A stretch of DNA of 64,000 nucleotides from Candidatus Poribacteria bacterium (GTDB taxonomy: Bacteria; Poribacteria; WGA-4E; UBA9662), in the NCBI GenBank assembly GCA_046582655.1, contig JAYGDX010000413.1, forward strand, positions 84,130 through 148,129, given 5' to 3'. The position numbers and the translations under genes were made by a program. The notes under the pieces were generated by a model. That model made no database searches. It was not told the origin of the DNA and saw nothing but the letters and a program-made list of their open reading frames with translations. This document shows positions 1 to 10,404 of the stretch, one piece after another; position 1 is the stretch's first letter, and each line of letters begins with the position of its first letter.

Positions 1-10
1 GTAACTGCAG

Positions 11-991
11 ATGAGCTTAAAGAGATCATTCGGTGCTCTTGGAACCTCTTTCTTTCTGCACATGGTATTAGTTGTTATTTTAGCACTCTACATTTTACAA
101 CAAACAATTAGTAATCAACAAAATATAATCTATTCCGAGATTTTGGTGGCCGAACCGATGAAGGTCAAGCGGGTGGCACCACGAAAACGAAGAGAACTTC
201 AGAAACGAAATATTTCCAAGGTGATTACGAACCAACCAAATTTGAAGATTCTAACCAGTAATGCACCACCTACTGATCGCGGTGTTGTATCTGCTTCAAA
301 ACCAACAGAATTCAGTCTTGATGGACCTATCAACTTGAACGCAGACACAGAGGATTTGGGAACAGCTATCTCAGTCCCGCAAAAATCCGCGAGCCTAGGG
401 AAAATGATTGGAAGAACAACAGGGTCAAATCGAAAAGAAAGGGAACGCGAGAAGAGCAGGTTGGTAAAATTCATCGAGAGCCAACCGGGCGCACAACAAA
501 TTTTCTATTCCCTCGACCTTTCGTCAAGTATGCGGAACCTAAGTCCATTAAAGCTCAGGAAAATCGTTACAATAATCCAAGATTCGCTCGATTTCCTTGA
601 GAGTCATGATCAGTTTAATATTGTAACTTTTAGTGGTGAAATCAGCTTCTATCAGCCGGAATCGATTGCCCCAACTATTGGCCATATCAAACGAGCAAAA
701 GAGTATTTGAACAATATTAAACCGGAAAAGAGTTCGCGTGCTTCTGATCATGACATGCTGTCTACACTCAATTCCATAAAACCGAAGAGCCCAACAATCG
801 TGGTGCTTTTCAGCGACGGCATCCTCACCTCTGCCGGAATCCCGCACCCAGAGGAGATGCAAGAATATATCCCCCCCACGACAAAGGTATTTGTAATTGC
901 AACCGGTATGTCACCTGATTTCCCGGGCGCTATCCTACTTAAAATGCTGTCGAATCAAAGCAGCGGAGAATTCTGGCTAGTTGACAATTGA
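11..991 (+). CDS. Membrane-anchored VWA domain protein
   Basis: N-terminal TM helix (SFFLHMVLVVILALYIL), linker, then a VWA domain with MIDAS DLSSS and 'VVLFSDG'. Confidence 0.8.
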   Translation: MSLKRSFGALGTSFFLHMVLVVILALYILQQTISNQQNIIYSEILVAEPMKVKRVAPRKRRELQKRNISKVITNQPNLKILTSNAPPTDRGVVSASKPTEFSLDGPINLNADTEDLGTAISVPQKSASLGKMIGRTTGSNRKEREREKSRLVKFIESQPGAQQIFYSLDLSSSMRNLSPLKLRKIVTIIQDSLDFLESHDQFNIVTFSGEISFYQPESIAPTIGHIKRAKEYLNNIKPEKSSRASDHDMLSTLNSIKPKSPTIVVLFSDGILTSAGIPHPEEMQEYIPPTTKVFVIATGMSPDFPGAILLKMLSNQSSGEFWLVDN

Positions 992-1001
992 AGATGGCAG
1001 A

Positions 1002-2198
1002 CTAAGACGACTCAAGATCATTTAACAACTGACTTAGATAAGACTTCACCATGTCGTTATCTTCTTTTTTCTGAAAAAACTCAGATAGCTGAAACTCAAG
1101 GTTATCATAAGGATTTGCTTTAATCTGTCGTCTCAGTCGTTCCGTTCTGAGGATAGCTATAATCCGTAGCCGGTCCTTTGGAATTTCAGTTTGGTACAAT
1201 TGACCGATCAAGGTTTTGGCCAACCCTTTAGCCAATCCGCTTTCTGCATGTACCACTAGAGCATCTATTGTTAACTGCTTGGCATTTTCGTCCGCGTCAT
1301 TGTATAAGATATCGAGAAGCGTATTAACAGCATCCTTAGTTGGGAATTTGACCAGAGCTTCAATAGCGTGTATCCGAACTTGTCCAGTCGTATCCTTCAA
1401 AGATGCCAGCATCTCTTTGGTAGCAGGCTCATCAAACAAAGAAAGGGTGCGCGCAGCAGAGACACGAATAGCTGGATTGCTACTGTTTAGTTTCACCAAA
1501 ATATCGGGTTTATATTCTTTTTTCCCGAGTTGATAAAGTACCGATATGATCGCTACAGCAACTGTTTCGCTACTCTTTTGTTTTTGCGTTTCGAGCTTTG
1601 GAATTATGTTAGGATCATTCACCTCACCGATAAGCCGCACGAAGTTCAATTTAACATTTTCACTGAATTTGGAGTTGCCAAGTGCATCAGCGATTGGTTC
1701 TGCTCTACCAACTTCTTTTAAAATCCGGTTCAACTCGGGATGAGTTTTATCATGGCGCTCACTACTATACGCATCAATCACGATCTGGATTTTATCCGGA
1801 TCTTTTGCAATCTTATCAATAAAGATTTGGAAAAGATCTTTCTGTAGCACTCCGTGTCGCTCGCCAAGAATATCGAGAAGAAAAGCCATTTCTTCCTTAT
1901 TAAGTTCATTTAAGCGTCGTTCCTTTTCACCTCTAAACTCTGCGGATTTACCTTGAGTGCCAGCGTCACCAGTTGAAAGCGCGCTATAGTAGGCAATGAG
2001 AAGGAGCCCCCGCGGTCCGACTTTGCGTCTTTGTCTTTCTTCGGACTTTTTTAGGTGTTCGATAGCCTCAATTGTTAAAGCTGAACCAAGTAACTTGTCA
2101 CGACCGAGTTCATATGGGGTTGGCCCCGGTTTATCTATGCAGCCAGTATTTAATATTAATAGAATTAGCACACATACGGCCAAAGGGTATTTTGTCAT
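1002..2198 (-). CDS. HEAT-repeat lipoprotein
   Basis: Signal peptide with lipobox LNTG-C; HEAT/PBS-like repeats (NPAIRVSAARTL, GQVRIHAIEAL). Confidence 0.75.
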   Translation of the reverse strand: MTKYPLAVCVLILLILNTGCIDKPGPTPYELGRDKLLGSALTIEAIEHLKKSEERQRRKVGPRGLLLIAYYSALSTGDAGTQGKSAEFRGEKERRLNELNKEEMAFLLDILGERHGVLQKDLFQIFIDKIAKDPDKIQIVIDAYSSERHDKTHPELNRILKEVGRAEPIADALGNSKFSENVKLNFVRLIGEVNDPNIIPKLETQKQKSSETVAVAIISVLYQLGKKEYKPDILVKLNSSNPAIRVSAARTLSLFDEPATKEMLASLKDTTGQVRIHAIEALVKFPTKDAVNTLLDILYNDADENAKQLTIDALVVHAESGLAKGLAKTLIGQLYQTEIPKDRLRIIAILRTERLRRQIKANPYDNLEFQLSEFFQKKEDNDMVKSYLSQLLNDLESS

Positions 2199-2354
2199 AA
2201 AAAGTTCTATTCTCCTGTAAATTTGTATCGGTGTCAGGATACTTAGCTCCGCGAATTTTTTAGTTTACAGAATATTTTCATTTCTGTCAAGACATTTTCT
2301 GAATTGAAACTGGAGGTCAATTATCTATTGGAGGCTGAAATTTCCCTATTTACT

Positions 2355-2383
2355 TTGCCATTCTGCAGTCAGTGTGCTAGAAT
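2355..2383 (+). promoter_or_regulatory. Putative sigma70 promoter of nadB
   Basis: TTGCCA-N17-TAGAAT with extended TG. Confidence 0.5.
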
Positions 2384-2446
2384 GAAATTCCTTTTAAAAA
2401 ATTGAAGCATCTCTTTGCATTTTAAGCAGAAACCTAATCATTAGCT

Positions 2447-4045
2447 ATGAGTCGCAGATACATCGTTGAATTCGATCTCAAAAATCTTCCAATGATCCAA
2501 ACCGATTTCCTGGTAATTGGCAGTGGTAGTGCTGGAATGCGAGCTGCTATCGAGATCTGTCAACATGGTGATGTGCTTTTGGTTACCAAGGGGCCACTCA
2601 GAGAAAGCAATTCACGATATGCTCAGGGTGGTATTGCTGTTGCCATGGGCCAAGACGACACAGTCGATTACCATGTTGAAGATACATTGAAAGCTGGTAA
2701 CGGTCTTTGTGATAAAGTGGCCGTCGAAATCATGGTAGAAGAAGGAATCGATCGTGTTTCCGAATTAATTGAGTGGGGAGCAGAATTTGATGGGGATGGC
2801 AATAACAACCTTGGCTTCACGATCGAGGCGGCACATCAGCGTCATCGCGTTGTTCATCGTGGTGATGAAACAGGCAGAGAAACCACAAAGGTTTTGGCTA
2901 ATCATTTACAGAGGAAGCGGAAAATTCAGTACATTGAATACTGTTTTGTCATTGACCTTGTGATAGAAGATGAAGTTTGCTTTGGTACGATTGCCATTGT
3001 TAACAATAAGCTACATTGGATTTGTGCTGGAGCAACAGTGATTGCCTCAGGAGGACTGGGTCAGATTTTTGCATGCACTTCAAATCCGCCAATTGCTACT
3101 GGGGATGGATGTGCAATTGCGTGGCGTGCTGGATGTGAAATGATAGATATGGAGTTTGTGCAATTTCACCCAACGACTTTATTCATGGAAGGTACCCCTC
3201 ATTTTTTAATATCTGAAACAGTTCGTGGAGAAGGCGGGATCCTTTTGAATTCGTGTGGTGATATATTTATGGAAAAATATCACCATATGAAGGAACTAGC
3301 ACCACGTGATGTTGTTAGTCGAGCAATTTCAAATGAAATGCAACTCACAGATTCACCTTGTGTCTATTTAGATGCAACACATCTTACAGAAGAATACATT
3401 CGAAAACGTTTCCCGACAATCTACCAAACCTGCATGTACTATGGGTTGAACATCTCATCGTCCTCCATTCCCGTATGTTCAGCTGCTCACTTTATGATGG
3501 GTGGAATACGGACAAACATAGAAACTGAAACAAATATCCAAGGGCTCTTTGCCTGCGGAGAGGCGGCATGTACAGGTGTTCACGGAGCTAACCGCTTGGC
3601 GAGTAATTCGCTACTTGAATGCTTAGTTTTCGGTGCACGTGCAGGAACCTCCGCCGCCGCATATCTTAATCAGTTTGATGGTCGTCCAATGCCAAAAAAT
3701 TCCGTCAAAAACAAAACGGATTCCAAGCTTGACATCGATTTCGATGTGAAATCAGCCCAGCAACTAGTCCGTAAATCAATGTGGAAATACGCTGGAATTG
3801 TCCGTCATGCGGACGATCTACAACATGTCAGGAAAATACTTGATGGAATTGAGATAGACCAAGCTTATTCGCCAAATGATATTGAAGCCTTTGAACTTCA
3901 AAATATGATTGACGTGGCAAAGCTGATTACTCAAGCATCAATTCAACGTACTGAAAGTCGCGGGGCACATTATCGGCGCGATTTTCCGCAAGCAAATGAT
4001 GCAACATGGAAAAAACACATCAGTCTGCAACATAAAGACAGCTAA
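2447..4045 (+). CDS. nadB: L-aspartate oxidase
   Basis: GSGSAG FAD motif, YAQGGIA, QFHPT, LISETVRGEGG, HGANRLASNSLLE, ESRGAH. Confidence 0.95.
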   Translation: MSRRYIVEFDLKNLPMIQTDFLVIGSGSAGMRAAIEICQHGDVLLVTKGPLRESNSRYAQGGIAVAMGQDDTVDYHVEDTLKAGNGLCDKVAVEIMVEEGIDRVSELIEWGAEFDGDGNNNLGFTIEAAHQRHRVVHRGDETGRETTKVLANHLQRKRKIQYIEYCFVIDLVIEDEVCFGTIAIVNNKLHWICAGATVIASGGLGQIFACTSNPPIATGDGCAIAWRAGCEMIDMEFVQFHPTTLFMEGTPHFLISETVRGEGGILLNSCGDIFMEKYHHMKELAPRDVVSRAISNEMQLTDSPCVYLDATHLTEEYIRKRFPTIYQTCMYYGLNISSSSIPVCSAAHFMMGGIRTNIETETNIQGLFACGEAACTGVHGANRLASNSLLECLVFGARAGTSAAAYLNQFDGRPMPKNSVKNKTDSKLDIDFDVKSAQQLVRKSMWKYAGIVRHADDLQHVRKILDGIEIDQAYSPNDIEAFELQNMIDVAKLITQASIQRTESRGAHYRRDFPQANDATWKKHISLQHKDS

Positions 4046-4148
4046 TCACCAAACTTCAAACTATGTAAAAAAACATTAGGAAATCAGATTGAGATCAATT
4101 ATTCTTCTCACAATCTTAGCAGCTGTTTTCGTGGTAGCCAGCCAAAAC

Positions 4149-4361
4149 ATGAAATTCTTACTTGGTGTTACGGTAGCTGGAATTTTAACCGTTGTTCTTC
4201 TCGTCTCAGTTGTTCTCGAAATTGAGCCAACAAACAAGCCAAAAAAGCAAGAAAGCAGTAGTGAAGTCGAAGAAGGGGAACTACCAGATCGGATCGAAAT
4301 CCCAGAAGAGGCAGAACCAATCATTGTTGACGCTGAATCATCAGGGGGGCGCAACAGATAA
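4149..4361 (+). CDS. Small membrane-anchored hypothetical protein
   Basis: ATG at 4149 (ORF track starts at TTG 4089); one hydrophobic helix and an acidic tail; 17 bp upstream of the VWA gene. Confidence 0.5.
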   Translation: MKFLLGVTVAGILTVVLLVSVVLEIEPTNKPKKQESSSEVEEGELPDRIEIPEEAEPIIVDAESSGGRNR

Positions 4362-4378
4362 ATCTACTTTGATACACC

Positions 4379-7057
4379 ATGTTTAGCTTGACAGCACCGA
4401 TCTTCCTCACACTTCTTCTCCTCGCCGTCCCTTTTTTTCTGCTTACTCAGCAAGGCACAAAAACTCAATCTAAATTAAAAAACAGAAACTTCCTTCTCCT
4501 CCTTCGTCTTGTCAGTCTAGCTTGCCTGGCACTAGCCCTTGCTGGAGTACATCGAAAAGCTCAGTCCAACCAACTAGTATTCGCGTTTCTAATTGACATT
4601 TCAAAAAGCATACCGAAAAGTCAACAACGCTTAGCAATCGATCAAGTCAATACAATCATTAAATCACTGGAACCAATGGATCAGTATTGTGTGATTTCGT
4701 TCGCCAAACAGCCATCAGTCTCAGTTCCTTTAGTGACTGTTCAGAACAGCCTGAATGTATCTCCTGAATCCATCTGGCAAAACGCAATTGTTCAAGATTA
4801 CACTGATCTAGCTAGTGCAATTCAGCTAGCGATTTCCATGTTACCGGAAGTAGCTCAAAAGCGGATTGTGCTATTCAGTGACGGGCTTCAAAACACCGGC
4901 AGAATTGACAGTATACTGGAACTAGCCCAAGCAAGCGAAATCACAGTGCTTACCATACCAATATTAGCTGAGCGGAAAAATGAAGTTATTATGCAGGAAC
5001 TTCAAATCCCACCAAAAATACGAATAGGGGAAATTTTTAAGGTTCGGGCCATCGTTGAGAATACTATGGATCAAGTGGTCAGTATCAATCTTTATCGAAA
5101 TGGCTTTCCCATGATTACCCACAGAGAAATATCTTTAAAATCAGGAAAACAGATCATCGCGCTTGATCAACAAATCTTTGATGCAGGCACTCACGAATTT
5201 CAGATCGAGGTGATTGTAGCCGACGAGGTAAGCGAAAATAATACTGCCTATGCTTTAACACAGATTTCTGGTCAGTCTAGACTACTTTGTATTGCCTCTA
5301 ATCCATTTGTTGCCAAGACAATAAAAACAGTTCTTGAAAGCGAAAATTTTGTAGTTGATGTGATTCGACCATCTGAATTCCCAACCGATTTCACTCAATT
5401 ACAAAATAATGATGGGATTATTCTGATAAATGTATCGGCTGACGAATTATCCCAATTACAGATGAATCAGATCGAAACTTATGTTCGAGATTTCGGTCGT
5501 GGACTGGTTGTCATTGGAGGCGATCATTCATTTGGTAGAGGTTCATATCAAGACACCCTGCTTGAGCGCATGTTACCACTTAAAATGACCCCCAAACAGC
5601 AAAAAGAGTCACTCTCAATTCTGATGCTGATTGACACCTCTGGCAGCATGGCAAACTATGTGGGTGCTGACCAGAAAATTGGGTTGGCTATCGAAAGCAT
5701 TCGATTGGCTATTAATTCGTTAGACGAAGCGGATCTAGTTGGCGTAGTTAGTTTTGCAACCTCTATTGGCCTTGAAATACCACCGACAACTGATCATCAA
5801 CGGGTTGCACAGGCGGTAGGATCGCTACGTCCCAGAAATGGCACACAGTTGTTTCCAGCACTCCAGAAAGCATACAAATTAATCAAAAAAACTGAAGCTA
5901 AGCAAAAGCACATTGTTATTCTCTCAGATGGCAAATCAGACGGTGATTTTGAATCATTGACGGCACTGGTTGCCAAAGACAATATTACTATTACCACGAT
6001 CGCCATAGGTGATGCCGCGCAGGACTTACTGAGAATGATTGCGCGCAACGGAAAAGGACGTTACGTGCACGTTGAAGATATGACGCGACTACCCCGAATA
6101 CTAGCCGAGGAGGTACATCTGACACAGGAATACACTGTTCAAGAAACGTTCGTTCCGCGTCTCAATCAGACAACCCAGATTTTAGGCGGTATAAGGCAAC
6201 CGCCTAATCTTCACGGTTACATAGCCACATCAGAAAAGAAAACTGGAAAGATATTAATTAAATCTCACAAGGATCACCCGATTCTAGCAGTATGGGACTA
6301 TGGGTTGGGGCGGTCAGTTGCTTTTACCTCTGATTTAAACAGTTGGGGACGAGATTGGATTTCGTGGGAAAATTTCGGTAAGTTTTGGACACAAGTTGTC
6401 AGCGCGGTTCTACCACAACCTAACATCGGCAAGGATTTCGACATACAAACATCTATTAATGGCGAATATATAAAAGTCGTTGTTGAAGCAAAAAACCTAT
6501 TGGCAGCCGGTGATAGTTCTGAACTAGTTGTTCGCGTTTCACAGCCCAACTATCAGGGACAGCCAGTTGAGATGATACGTACAACACCGACTCGCTACGA
6601 AGGTAAAATCAAGTTTGCTGATCTTGGAGCCTATTTGATTACTGCCAAAACAGCTAAAGATCAGCAAACAACAAGTTTGGTAGTGTCGTATCCATCAGAA
6701 CTAGCAAGTTTCACAACAAATCAGCAGTTGCTACATAAAATTGCCGATCAAACGAATGGAGTTTTCAAGCCATCCATGGAAGAGATTGCCGCTCGTCCTA
6801 GTAGATTAATCAAAAAATCAAAAGACCTTGCTCCAATGTTCTTGATAATCTGCGTTATTTTTTTTGTTTTAGAAATGATTATACGTCAGTTCCGTTTCAA
6901 AAATTATCAGACAACCGTAACAAGCGAACCTCCAGTCACGCAACGGTCAATGCCCATTTCTACATTAGCAGATCAAAAGTTGGAGATTGATTCTAGCATA
7001 CAGAAATTGCTGCACGCCAAACGGCGGTCAACTACCGATTCTCAAATGACATCATAG
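4379..7057 (+). CDS. Membrane protein with two VWA domains and a glutamine amidotransferase-like domain
   Basis: N-terminal TMs, MIDAS DISKS and DTSGS, 'GRGLVVIGG..SFGRGSY', 'WDYGLGRSVAFTSD', C-terminal TM. Confidence 0.85.
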   Translation: MFSLTAPIFLTLLLLAVPFFLLTQQGTKTQSKLKNRNFLLLLRLVSLACLALALAGVHRKAQSNQLVFAFLIDISKSIPKSQQRLAIDQVNTIIKSLEPMDQYCVISFAKQPSVSVPLVTVQNSLNVSPESIWQNAIVQDYTDLASAIQLAISMLPEVAQKRIVLFSDGLQNTGRIDSILELAQASEITVLTIPILAERKNEVIMQELQIPPKIRIGEIFKVRAIVENTMDQVVSINLYRNGFPMITHREISLKSGKQIIALDQQIFDAGTHEFQIEVIVADEVSENNTAYALTQISGQSRLLCIASNPFVAKTIKTVLESENFVVDVIRPSEFPTDFTQLQNNDGIILINVSADELSQLQMNQIETYVRDFGRGLVVIGGDHSFGRGSYQDTLLERMLPLKMTPKQQKESLSILMLIDTSGSMANYVGADQKIGLAIESIRLAINSLDEADLVGVVSFATSIGLEIPPTTDHQRVAQAVGSLRPRNGTQLFPALQKAYKLIKKTEAKQKHIVILSDGKSDGDFESLTALVAKDNITITTIAIGDAAQDLLRMIARNGKGRYVHVEDMTRLPRILAEEVHLTQEYTVQETFVPRLNQTTQILGGIRQPPNLHGYIATSEKKTGKILIKSHKDHPILAVWDYGLGRSVAFTSDLNSWGRDWISWENFGKFWTQVVSAVLPQPNIGKDFDIQTSINGEYIKVVVEAKNLLAAGDSSELVVRVSQPNYQGQPVEMIRTTPTRYEGKIKFADLGAYLITAKTAKDQQTTSLVVSYPSELASFTTNQQLLHKIADQTNGVFKPSMEEIAARPSRLIKKSKDLAPMFLIICVIFFVLEMIIRQFRFKNYQTTVTSEPPVTQRSMPISTLADQKLEIDSSIQKLLHAKRRSTTDSQMTS

Positions 7058-8054
7058 CTTTAATCGTACCAGAATCTGGTTTAAGCCAAGTTGGGAAAGC
7101 ATCTATTAATTCATCGGAAGTTGCACGGTGTGTGATCCACGGATTGGTATCAATTTTGTTCTGCTCTACCAGTGTGATAATTCGCCTAAAGTCATTGCCC
7201 GTTGAGTTACGTGTGCTAAAGAGGGTGATCTCTTTTCGGTGAAATTCTGGATCGTACAAAGTAATATTATCCTGTACCAATCCAACAAAGATAAGCTTTC
7301 CCCCTGAGGCAACGTAACTAAATGCGTTTTCCATTGACTTTACACTACCAGTTGCATCGAAGATGACAGTTGGCATATCGTTTGATGTAATTGCCTTGAG
7401 TTGTTCAACCGGATTTTCCTGTGCGTTGACAGTAAATTCAACGCCAAAAACCTGACGACAAAAATCAAGACGATTTTCGTTAACGTCCATCACTATAATA
7501 CGACCACCTGCGATCTTAGCAAATTGAGTAACTGTCAGTCCTATAGGTCCCGCGCCGATGACCAGAACAAATTCTCCCAGATTGAAATTGGCCCGATCCA
7601 CAGCGTGAGCACCAATACCAAGTGTCTCAACCAGCGCAAGCTGATCAAGACTCAACAAATCCGATTTATGCAGTTTATTAACTGGTATGGTGATGAACTC
7701 GCGCATCCCACCATCAGTGTGGACACCCAGTGTTTGTAATATTGTACAGCAATTAGTTTTTCCGCGTCTGCAAGAGATACACTCACCACAATTTAAATAA
7801 GGCTCGATTGCACAGATATCCCCGACGTGAAGATCCAGATCGTTCTCATCAATTTCCATTATCTGAACGCCAAGTTCGTGTCCTAAAATCCGTGGATAAC
7901 TCAGGAAAGGCTGTCGACCGCGAAATGCGTGTAGATCAGTACCACAAATTCCCACCCGGTGGATTCGTACCAATGCCGAGCCAGAAGATCGAGTAGGAAT
8001 TCCGGTCTGCGATATTGAAAAGTGTCCTGGACTGTCAAGTGTAATTGTTTGCAT
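7032..8054 (-). CDS. Zn-dependent dehydrogenase, L-galactonate 5-dehydrogenase-like (YjjN/LgoD family)
   Basis: GICGTD, GHE, CxxCxxC...C, GAGPIG and 'PEFHRKEITLFSTRN'. Confidence 0.8.
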   Translation of the reverse strand: MQTITLDSPGHFSISQTGIPTRSSGSALVRIHRVGICGTDLHAFRGRQPFLSYPRILGHELGVQIMEIDENDLDLHVGDICAIEPYLNCGECISCRRGKTNCCTILQTLGVHTDGGMREFITIPVNKLHKSDLLSLDQLALVETLGIGAHAVDRANFNLGEFVLVIGAGPIGLTVTQFAKIAGGRIIVMDVNENRLDFCRQVFGVEFTVNAQENPVEQLKAITSNDMPTVIFDATGSVKSMENAFSYVASGGKLIFVGLVQDNITLYDPEFHRKEITLFSTRNSTGNDFRRIITLVEQNKIDTNPWITHRATSDELIDAFPTWLKPDSGTIKAMMSFENR

Positions 8055-8057
8055 GAT

Positions 8058-8987
8058 TTAGTTATTTTCTGGTCTGCCGCTAGACCAGGTTCTGTCACGG
8101 ATTGAATCAAGAATTTCTAAAATTTCTGTTAATAATTGTGTGTCCGGTGTCTGATTGACACAAGCGACATTTTTTTTGACGTTTTCGGGGTTTGCAGTTC
8201 CCATTAAGGTTGTATGAATTTTCGGATTAGCCAAGGCAAACTGAAGACCAAGTTCTGCGATATCAGCACCTTTACTACGACAATGTTCTGCTGCCTTCAA
8301 GCAGGCGACTTTAATTTCGTCGTCAGCTGGATGCCAATCCGGAGCTCCTATATTAGTCAGAAGTTGCATTGATAACGCTGAAGCATTAATAATACCTATG
8401 TTTTCATCTTCGAATGTTGGAATCAAACTTTCTAAAGAAACATCATTTAACGCATAATGGCAGTAAGATAAAATGGTATCGACGGCAGTTTTTTCCAACA
8501 CATAGCAGAATATCTTCAACGGTAACCCAGTGATACCAATGAATCTAACTTTCCCCTGTTTTTGAACTTTTCGCAACGCAGGAATAGTTTCATTGATGAT
8601 CATGCCGAGATCGCCAAATTCGATATCATGGCACTGGATGAGATCAATATAGTCTATACTGAGCCGAGCTAGGCTTTGATCCACGCTTTTGATGACACTA
8701 TTGACTGTGAAGTCAAAATCTTGGAGGCCATAACGTCCAACTTTGGTGGCGAGATAATATTGATCTCGGTTGATGGTTCTAAGTGCTTTACCTAAAACTA
8801 TCTCGGATTTGGCGCGTCCGTAATAGGGAGAAGTATCAATGAAGTTGACTCCTAAATCAAGGGCAGTATGGACAGCAGAAATCCCTTCTGATTCATCTAT
8901 ATTTCGGTATTCGCTACCAAGTGGTGCCGCTCCAAAACTAATTACTGAGACCTCTAAACCTGTTTTTCCTAACGTTCTATATTGCAT
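8058..8987 (-). CDS. Aldo/keto reductase, L-galactose dehydrogenase-like
   Basis: YRTLGKTGL, 'FIDTSPYYG', 'ATKVGRYG', 'QCHDIEF', 'IGITGLPL'; similar to the plant/bacterial L-galactose dehydrogenase subfamily. Confidence 0.8.
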   Translation of the reverse strand: MQYRTLGKTGLEVSVISFGAAPLGSEYRNIDESEGISAVHTALDLGVNFIDTSPYYGRAKSEIVLGKALRTINRDQYYLATKVGRYGLQDFDFTVNSVIKSVDQSLARLSIDYIDLIQCHDIEFGDLGMIINETIPALRKVQKQGKVRFIGITGLPLKIFCYVLEKTAVDTILSYCHYALNDVSLESLIPTFEDENIGIINASALSMQLLTNIGAPDWHPADDEIKVACLKAAEHCRSKGADIAELGLQFALANPKIHTTLMGTANPENVKKNVACVNQTPDTQLLTEILEILDSIRDRTWSSGRPENN

Positions 8988-9004
8988 CCTTGCTTTCCTT
9001 TCGT

Positions 9005-10306
9005 TTAACCGTAACTCAACAGCCGAATGTGGCGGCCTAAATGTTCGTTCAAAAGCTGATTGTGCAAATCCAGATTAGTGCTAAGCGTTTCCAAAATTAC
9101 CTCTTTGAAAGGCTGATTGTCTGGCATTTTACCGATTGTTAACACAGAACCAAAGGTGACGTGCATAACTTGACGACCATCATCCAGATTAAGAAACTCC
9201 ACCTCCCTTTCCTTTTGGTTTAGGGTTACTGGATCATTAACCCGATTAAGATCTGCCGAGATATGGTACGTCGCCCGGTCTGTATTAAATCTTTCGATAG
9301 AGAACTTAATAATTTCCAGAAACGCCTCAGGATTCCTTTTAGCCACCACTCTTAAGGCTTCAAGATAACTTGTGCCAGCAGTTTTAACATGTAGTAGATT
9401 ACCACAGACACGACCAATGATTGGGTAGATCCTAAATTTATCTGATCCACTATGGACACTGATTTTGTATGGCCCGCAATAGCGAGCAATGGCAACATGT
9501 TGAGCCAGCGTTAATTCGAATGAGTCGAGGTCACCTTTATAATCAATTGCTTTTTCAAATTGACCAACAAATCGCGGTGCTAAGCTGACGCACTGAATCC
9601 CCCGACGTTTCAGTTCCATACCGATGAATAGATGCTCAATCGGTGTTGTTGGTGTATCAGTCTCATCAACTGAAACTTCAATTTCGCAGTCAGCACCTGA
9701 TGTTGCTTTAGTGATCCACCCCGACATTTTTTCAGCGTATGCAATCGCCCGACCATATTTCACGACTGTCCGGTACAGTTCTTCCTTATTTTTGAAATCG
9801 AGGGTGAGATCATTACTTACTTCAATATTCTTACCTAGATAGAGATCTTCGATCTGACCAATTGACTCGAATGCTTGCGATTTAACTACTGCATCTAAAG
9901 CCCCTTTCAATCGATTTTGGACTAAATTGGCCGCTGCATTATTGACAAAATCCGAGGGATCGATGGTGAAAAAAGTGAACCCAGCATTGGCTAAATTAAT
10001 GACGTCGGTCTCTGTTTTTAAGTGATCGGCATCAGCCCCCCAAGCTCCCTGCCAACCAGAAGCACGGATGGCTTCTTTCGCAGCGGACATAACTTCTAGT
10101 GGCGTGCGGTTGGTTCGATCCATTTCCCGAACTGATTGTTGCGCAAAGATCGGAAGTAGCTGACCAGCTTGAGTGGCTAAGATATGGCCTGGAGTCGCTA
10201 GCCCAAGCCGGTCGCCGAAACCGAACGAGGGATGAAGATCTAAGAGAGAGGGAGTTGGTGAATTTCTTGTCGTAGGTTCCACACTCCCAATTCTATCATG
10301 TATCAA
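9005..10306 (-). CDS. uxaE: Tagaturonate/fructuronate epimerase
   Basis: SFGFGDRLGLATPGH, FAQQSVREM, GADADHLK, EVSVDET, HSGSDKF, HVKTAGTSYLEALR; exact start uncertain. Confidence 0.9.
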   Translation of the reverse strand: MIHDRIGSVEPTTRNSPTPSLLDLHPSFGFGDRLGLATPGHILATQAGQLLPIFAQQSVREMDRTNRTPLEVMSAAKEAIRASGWQGAWGADADHLKTETDVINLANAGFTFFTIDPSDFVNNAAANLVQNRLKGALDAVVKSQAFESIGQIEDLYLGKNIEVSNDLTLDFKNKEELYRTVVKYGRAIAYAEKMSGWITKATSGADCEIEVSVDETDTPTTPIEHLFIGMELKRRGIQCVSLAPRFVGQFEKAIDYKGDLDSFELTLAQHVAIARYCGPYKISVHSGSDKFRIYPIIGRVCGNLLHVKTAGTSYLEALRVVAKRNPEAFLEIIKFSIERFNTDRATYHISADLNRVNDPVTLNQKEREVEFLNLDDGRQVMHVTFGSVLTIGKMPDNQPFKEVILETLSTNLDLHNQLLNEHLGRHIRLLSYG

Positions 10307-10404
10307 TCAACAAGGAAAATAAAAAAGCTTTTCTTAGATCTGCCCGCAATTTGTCCATTCAGGTTTATACTAACCAGTCATTGGAAATTGGATACTAACA
10401 TACA

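Noticed and set aside
7032..7057. 26 bp convergent overlap of the VWA and dehydrogenase genes
   Set aside because: Short 3' overlaps are common and need no special explanation
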